Assembly: GCA_038087875.1 (NCBI GenBank) | Contig: CM075988.1 | Coordinates: 5,828,001 to 5,892,000, forward strand | Source of the DNA: Malacoraja senta | Lineage: Eukaryota | Length of the DNA stretch: 64,000 nt | Direction of reading: 5' to 3' | In this document: positions 58,101 through 64,000 of the stretch, piece after piece | How positions within the stretch are numbered: the stretch's first letter is position 1 | Layout: every line of letters begins with the position of its first letter | Notes under the pieces: generated by a model | What the model was told of the DNA's origin: nothing | The model's input: the letters and a program-made list of their open reading frames with translations, nothing else | Databases searched by the model: none | Position numbers and translations under genes: made by a program

Positions 58101-60311
58101 TTGCCAGGAGGTTTTATGGAGTCCGTGTTAAGGAACAATGTTTGTGAATGAGATCGAACACATTAGCTTTGATCTGCCCAATTCATTTGTGAGGAGGAAA
58201 TGTCTGCCTACATCGCATCAGGCAAGCAGAGATAATGGAACTAATGGAGAGTTCATGTGAATTGGAGGTAAAATGAGGCTGAGTGTCGTCAGGGCACGTG
58301 AACACTATCAGTGTTTTCAGTCAATGGAATTGAAGAATAACATATTGTTGGGAGATAGGGAGATATACTGGTGACAGCAGAGAGTGTGAAGGAACAAAAG
58401 TTATTGCTGTGCATTCTTTAATATATATAGGACAAAACAAATGTCCTCCCAGCCAACCAGATTATGGGTAGAGAGAGAAGGCCGGTGTGATAAACTGTGT
58501 CAAAGACTGCAGGCAGGTTAAGAAAGACATGAGGGATAGATTATCTTTTCCCAATCACACAGGATGTTATTAGTGTAGGATGCAACTTTTCAAACGTTCG
58601 CAGTTCACCAAAGGATTAAAGAATAGTGTGGTTTCTTGGTTCACAGACAAATGAGTGACAATAACTATCACATTATAATCATATTAAACAGATGACGTAG
58701 CAGATGTGATGATTCTCTCATGTAAAGATTGGTCAGTCAAAAATTAACAACAAAGTGTCTCGCTGTCATCTGAAGCCAAGAGTGATCTTTCTGGTCTTCA
58801 TCATTCCCAGCTGGTCAAAGTGTTAACACAGAGTGTGGCGTGCAGCATCCACCTTGGAGATCTCCCTCACCTGCCTGCCTGTTGTTGTCTTTCATGACCG
58901 TAAATATTGTGTTGCATTGACAGATGATCCCTATTGATAACTATACTAAGTGAACCAATCACTCTTAAATCCCAATCAACTCCTCTCTGATTAGGTCATG
59001 TAGTTGTGATGCTTCCTTACCTCTGATGTTATTTGATTCATCCCTGTTAGATCATTTTTACTAGTCCTGTCTTTCCCTCAACCCCATTCTCCTGCCTTCT
59101 CCCCATGACCCCTGACACCCGTACTATTCAAGAATCTATCTATCTGCTGCCGTAAAAATATACATTGACGTCCTCCACAGCCTTCTGGGGCAATGGATTC
59201 CACAGATTCACCCATGAAGGCTGAAGTAAGGAATCAAACCTGAAGCCTCGACTCTGTTTCTCTTTCCATAGACGCTGCTGGCCTGGTGTGTGTTCCCAGC
59301 ATTTTCTGCTTTTGTTTGGTGCCACTGACTGATGGTTTACTGATCTATTGCCTCATTTAATGTATTCAGTTTAATAGTTTGAGTGTTCTGCATCATGTGA
59401 TATGGCCCTTAATAAAGAGGAAGTGCAGCCAAACACTAATACACAACATACTGTTTTACAATCTTAAACTTGTTTTATGACATAATTTCTGCTTAATATT
59501 GCAGAAAGTCCTTTAGTTTACTGTATTGTTTCCCACATGCCATATTCTCCACCTGCTTTTCAAATATAATTGCATTTCTTATAACCTGAAACTATTCCTC
59601 AGTGAATAAATACATTGATTGATCATCCAACTCATTCAAGAAATAAAAGAGAAAAGGATAATGAATGAGAGGTAAAGATTCTTTGTAAGCCCCAACCTCT
59701 GTTAATTTTCCAGTTTCACAATCAGATTTGTATGGCTGTATGGCGACCAATTGGTACATGTGACAAATAAATGTATCTTGTATCTTGAAGACCTATAGAA
59801 TTTGTTCACAGCAGTGTAATTGACAGTAACTGCTGTATACCTTTTAACATGGATCACTAGCTCTGTCAGCTGTGTAAATCTTCTGTACATCTTCTGCTCT
59901 ATATTTGTCCTTTGTTTTGCTCTTAATAAACTGGGGCAGTTCAACTGTTTGCATTTTATACAACAGAGCTGGCAATCCTGTCTGACTGAAAAATAATTGG
60001 GTAGCATGCTAATCACTCCCTTGGCAGGAACTGTGAACAGAACAAACACAAGTGCCCACATTCACGGGTGATGAGGTTCATATCGATGCTTCTAGGAGTT
60101 TGCTGCTACATGTGCTGTTGCAGAGCTAACGATTGAATATGTCCATTGAAAAAACTCTCTCTCACTCTCTTGCTCTGTTGCAGGTTGCATTGGTGTTGCT
60201 GCTGTAACCGCAGGTCCTGGGTTAACAAACACTGTGACTGCAATTAAAAACGCCCAGATGGCAGAAACACCAGTGCTGTTGATTGGGGGTGCAGCCGCAA
60301 CTCTCCTACAG
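54981..60311 (+). CDS. ILVBL: Acetolactate synthase-like protein / 2-hydroxyacyl-CoA lyase 2, first three coding exons (continues beyond window)
   Basis: N-terminal hydrophobic anchor then TPP-enzyme N-domain: [37 protein letters not shown]. Confidence 0.93.
55523..55550 (+). ncRNA. Minimal type I hammerhead ribozyme motif (Penelope-associated)
   Basis: CTGAAGA-A-GGGTC-TC-GATCC-GAAAC-GTC, core intact with one G-U pair in helix II. Confidence 0.55.
56955..57156 (+). CDS. ILVBL: ILVBL exon
   Basis: [17 protein letters not shown]...ADSVARLS. Confidence 0.94.
60184..60311 (+). CDS. ILVBL: ILVBL exon
   Basis: [42 protein letters not shown]. Confidence 0.94.
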
Positions 60312-60614
60312 GTGAACAGGAATTTTAAGTGTCTACCTGTGACAAGCAATGCAGCATCAGGTGTCTGTTACTGTTTCAAGAATGGGGCTTTAAAGGGAAC
60401 TGGCACAAATAGATGGCAATTATTTCAATAATTATTGAATGGGTCACTGTCTGTGCAACTTTTCATTTGGTTTGCATTATTTGTAAGCTGTTTATAGTCA
60501 GTTTTTTGAATACGAACAATTTTGTAAGAATACTTTATAGAAAATTCCTTGGAAATTTTGGAAAGGGTGTTGTCAATGTTTATTAGGCAACATTTTATTG
60601 TTTTTTATACTTCA

Positions 60615-61837
60615 CTAGACCAAGTGCAGACCCGTTGGGTCTGCTCCCTCAACGCAAGATTCCACCACTCACCCATTCCCCCGACGCAAGCCATTCCCCC
60701 AACGCAATAATGCACCACTCGCGCATAGCCCCCAACTGCTCATTTCTCCTCATCCCCCAGCACTCCCTCCTCCTCTTCACCCTCCCTCTTCAATTCCCAG
60801 AGAGGGAGGTGTGGTAGAGAGGGAGGGGGCAGAAAGGAAGGGGGGGTAGAGGGTAGAGATGGAGGGGGGAGGGGGTAGAGAGGGAGAGGAGGGGTGTAGG
60901 GAGGGAGGCGGTTAGAGTGGGAGAGGGGCAGACAGGGAGGGGGGTAGGGAGAGGGAGGGGGTAGTGTGGGGAGGGAGGGTAGAGAGGGAGGGGGGTTGAA
61001 AGGGTGGGAGTGAGGGTAGAGAGGGAGTGAGCGAGAGAGGGAGTGTAGACGTGGCAACTACCTGCCCTACTGCCTCCTCTCCCTCAATCCCCCCACTCCC
61101 TCACCTCCCCAGGATCTTCCCCTCTCCACCCCACTACCCACCCCATCTCCCTCCTCATTTCCCTCATCCTCCTCCCCTCACGCCCATTCCCTGCCCCAGC
61201 ACCTACCCAGGTCGTAGAGCAGCGCCAAGGTCTGGAACCCGGCCTGGTTCTCGTACTCGGCTCGGCCTTGTTGTCAACTCCAGCCGTCAGCCCGGCCGCC
61301 ACCTGGGCTTCAGTCCAGGCCACGACTTTATCTCCAGGCTCGTCCCTGACCCCGGACCCTGGCTCATCCTTGGTTCCAGCGGCAGCTTCTTTCTCGGCCC
61401 CATCCCAAGCCCCGGGCTCGGCGCTCACTCCAGCTCCAGCATCAGGCTTGGCTCCAGCCCAGGCCCAGTCCCCGGGCTCGGCCCGCGACACCACCCTCCC
61501 CACCAGGTGGCGGGCGCCACTCCTCGTTCACCGCGAGGGCTGGAGTGGCCCTCCCTCCCGTAGTGTCCCGTCCTGCCTTGCGAGTACATTGTGACGTCAC
61601 TCGGATTTTAATTTCAAAATGGGTGAGTTTTTGGGGCTGTTTTAAAAATTTAACGGATTAATAACCGGAAATATAGGTGGGAATGCAACAGGAGGATGTT
61701 TATCGCCACAACGGGAACAATTTGAGTAGGATGTATGAAAATGGGAAGGCTGTGGCCTAGCGCTTGGCAGAAGATGGGAAAACCAGATTGACACATCGTG
61801 GGCACAAACAAGACGAAGACTTTTAGTTATATAGAGA
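60615..61837 (-). mobile_element. Non-autonomous Helitron
   Basis: On the minus strand it begins A|TCTCTATATAACTAAAA and ends CTAG|T, with an 8-bp hairpin GCAGACCC-3nt-GGGTCTGC (60626-60644) just before the end; no TSD. Confidence 0.75.
60798..61045. repeat. G/A-rich tract (G-quadruplex/H-DNA prone) inside the Helitron
   Basis: Many GGG+ runs with gggtagag units. Confidence 0.8.
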
Positions 61838-62339
61838 TACCAGATTTGTATCGCTTTATTTGCCTTTAAAAACATCTTTGAAAAATCAATCTACTTTTAA
61901 TAAATGTTTGATGATAATACAGGTACCACAGTGCATTGAAATTCTGTAGAAGTTTAGACTCTTGCCCAATTACTTCCCAAAAAAGACAAGTTTCAATTTA
62001 ACCTGTGAGCTGCACAAGCTTACTAGATATTGGGCAATTGCCTGTGACCTTTGCTGTTGCATATCAGGAAAGTATTTGGCAAGATTTCCATGATTGTATG
62101 TTTTTAACACTACAGTTTGGATTACTTAGTGTTTTTAATGTCATAAAATACTTAAGCGTTTCACAAAGTTTTGTTAAACAAAATCTGATTCTGCTACTTA
62201 ATATATATATATAGTACAACAGCGGATTAAAGAAAGATTTTAAGAAATCATGAAAGAGGAGAGGTCAAGATGTTTACTAAGGGATTTTTAGAATTTTGGA
62301 TCTAGGTAGCAGAAGGCATGGCAATCAAAATTAAGAGTT

Positions 62340-62740
62340 TAGAAGGATGATGGAGGATCTTATTGAAACCTGTCAAATAACAAAAGGCCTAGATAGCGTG
62401 GATGTGAGGAGGATGTTTCCAATCGTGGGTGAGCCTAGAATCAGAGAGTGCAGCTTCAGAATAAAAGGATGTACCTTTGGAATAGAGATGAGGAGAAATG
62501 TCTTTAGCCAGAGCGTGTGAAATTCTGTGGAATTCATTGCCACCGTAGGCAGTGGAGGCCAAGTCATTGGGTATTTTTACAGTGGAGATTGATACATTCT
62601 TGATTAGTAATGGTGTCAAAGGTTTCAGGGAAAAGGCAGGAGAATGGGGTTAAATGGGGGAAAAAAATAGATCGTCCATCATCAAATGGCAGAGCCGACT
62701 CGATGGGCAGATTAGCCCAATTCTGCTCCTATATCTAACG
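62340..62740 (+). mobile_element. CR1 3' fragment
   Basis: gatcttattgaaacc...ctgtggaattcattgcc...3' UTR. Confidence 0.7.
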
Positions 62741-63651
62741 AACATCAATAAAGGTAACTGAATGTGAGCACAGACGTGGAGAGGTGTAGAGACACTGGAG
62801 GGTTAGTGAAGATTACAGAGGTAAAGAGTGGTGACTTTGTTGGAATACAAGGTTGACATTTTTAAATTGACACCCTTTGAAACTATTTGAGACAGGCATC
62901 ATGGAGGTGATGTGTGAAGGGAATTTTGAGTTGCCAGTGTGGATTTGGGAATTGAGGGTGTATTACACAAAGAGTGGAAAGTGGTCCACATGCTTGCATT
63001 TACCTTCATCTCACATTTTGCATTCACAAAGGTCTTCCAGCATAGAGAAAAGTTAAATATTGTTGTTTCAATGTTGAGCTGTGAGAATTTGTGCTTCTGT
63101 GACATTCTAGTGCGCTGACTGTGCTCTTGATATAAATAAATGATTATCAGATTTCAATGGCTAAGGTGGGGCTACATTAGTACTAGATACTTAAATGGTT
63201 TATTCCAAAGAAACAAGCTGTTTTCATGTATAACCTTTAACAAAATAACATTTCATCAAAAAGTGAAAAATGCATTCCAAGACTTGTTAGATGGAGTAAC
63301 CAAAGTTTGAGATGAGCTTTCAGAAAAATGTTTTAGAACAGGGAGAAGGAGTAAGAGGTTGTGGGAGCTTAGGAGAGAAATGCTAAAGCCTGATGCCTAG
63401 GCAACTGAAAATTGTAAGTGGAAGTTAGTGCAGTATAGAAAATGTGGTTAATGGTTGATGCAGAGGAAATTATAGATGGGAGGGTTAAGGTTATATAAAT
63501 ACAAGGAGAAATTTCAGGTTATGAGGCACTTGGCGTTAATCTTGCTCTGTTCTAATGGCAAAGGTACGTGAGGGTAACCTCTTGGTTTTTGATGAGTTGT
63601 GGGATGAGAAGTTTCCATGGGATCATTGGATAATTGTCTGGAAGTCCAAAA

Positions 63652-64000
63652 GTCATAGTGATACAGTTTGGAAACAGGCCCTTCGGCCCAACTTGCCCAG
63701 ACCGGCCAACATGTCCCACTTACCTGCGCTTGGTCCATATCCCTCCAAACCTGTCCTATCCATGTACCTGTCTAACTGTTTCTTAAACGTTGGGATAGTC
63801 CCAGCCTCAACTACCTCATCTGGCAGCTTGTTCCACACACCCACCACCCTCTGTATGAAAAAGTTACCCCTCAGATTCCTATTAAATCTTTTCCCCTTCA
63901 CCTTGAACCTATGTCCTCTGGTCCTCAATTCCCCTACTCTGGGCAAGAGACTCTGTGCATCGACCCAATCTATTCCTCTCATGATTTTGTACACCTCTAT
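63652..64000 (-). mobile_element. CR1 3' fragment (runs off window)
   Basis: YKIMRGID..RTRGHRFKV..FFIQRVVGVWNKLP. Confidence 0.85.

Noticed and set aside
60740..61594. Several overlapping Pro/Gly-rich ORFs
   Set aside because: Low-complexity, GC-rich Helitron interior; not host genes.

Overview
Intron-rich vertebrate genomic DNA, most likely a cartilaginous fish (skate/ray), inferred from the HE1/V-SINE-type SINEs, CR1 tails and protein divergence. It holds four spliced genes that I reconstructed exon by exon from GT-AG boundaries and protein similarity. These are FOXRED1 (3 exons, minus strand), SRPRA (exons 2-14, plus), FAM118B (SIR2-like, 5 coding exons, minus, tail-to-tail with SRPRA) and ILVBL/HACL2 (first 3 coding exons, plus, head-to-head with FAM118B across a CpG-rich promoter). 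SRPRA exon 1 and the FOXRED1 5' exons are not visible and probably fall in the 200-N gap. Introns carry CR1, L2, Rex1, RTE and Penelope-like retroelements, tRNA-derived SINEs, Harbinger-type MITEs, a non-autonomous Helitron and a nearly full-length Passport-like Tc1 transposon. Most notable unexplained structure: (1) a high-copy, often palindromic short repeat derived from Penelope ends that carries minimal hammerhead ribozyme cores; (2) a promoter built from GC-box/CCAAT-like motif pairs phased at 52 bp; (3) a perfect 68-bp hairpin just after the SRPRA poly(A) signals; (4) several short locally templated duplications, two of which copy SRPRA exon sequence; (5) an expanded poly-Glu tract in SRPRA.
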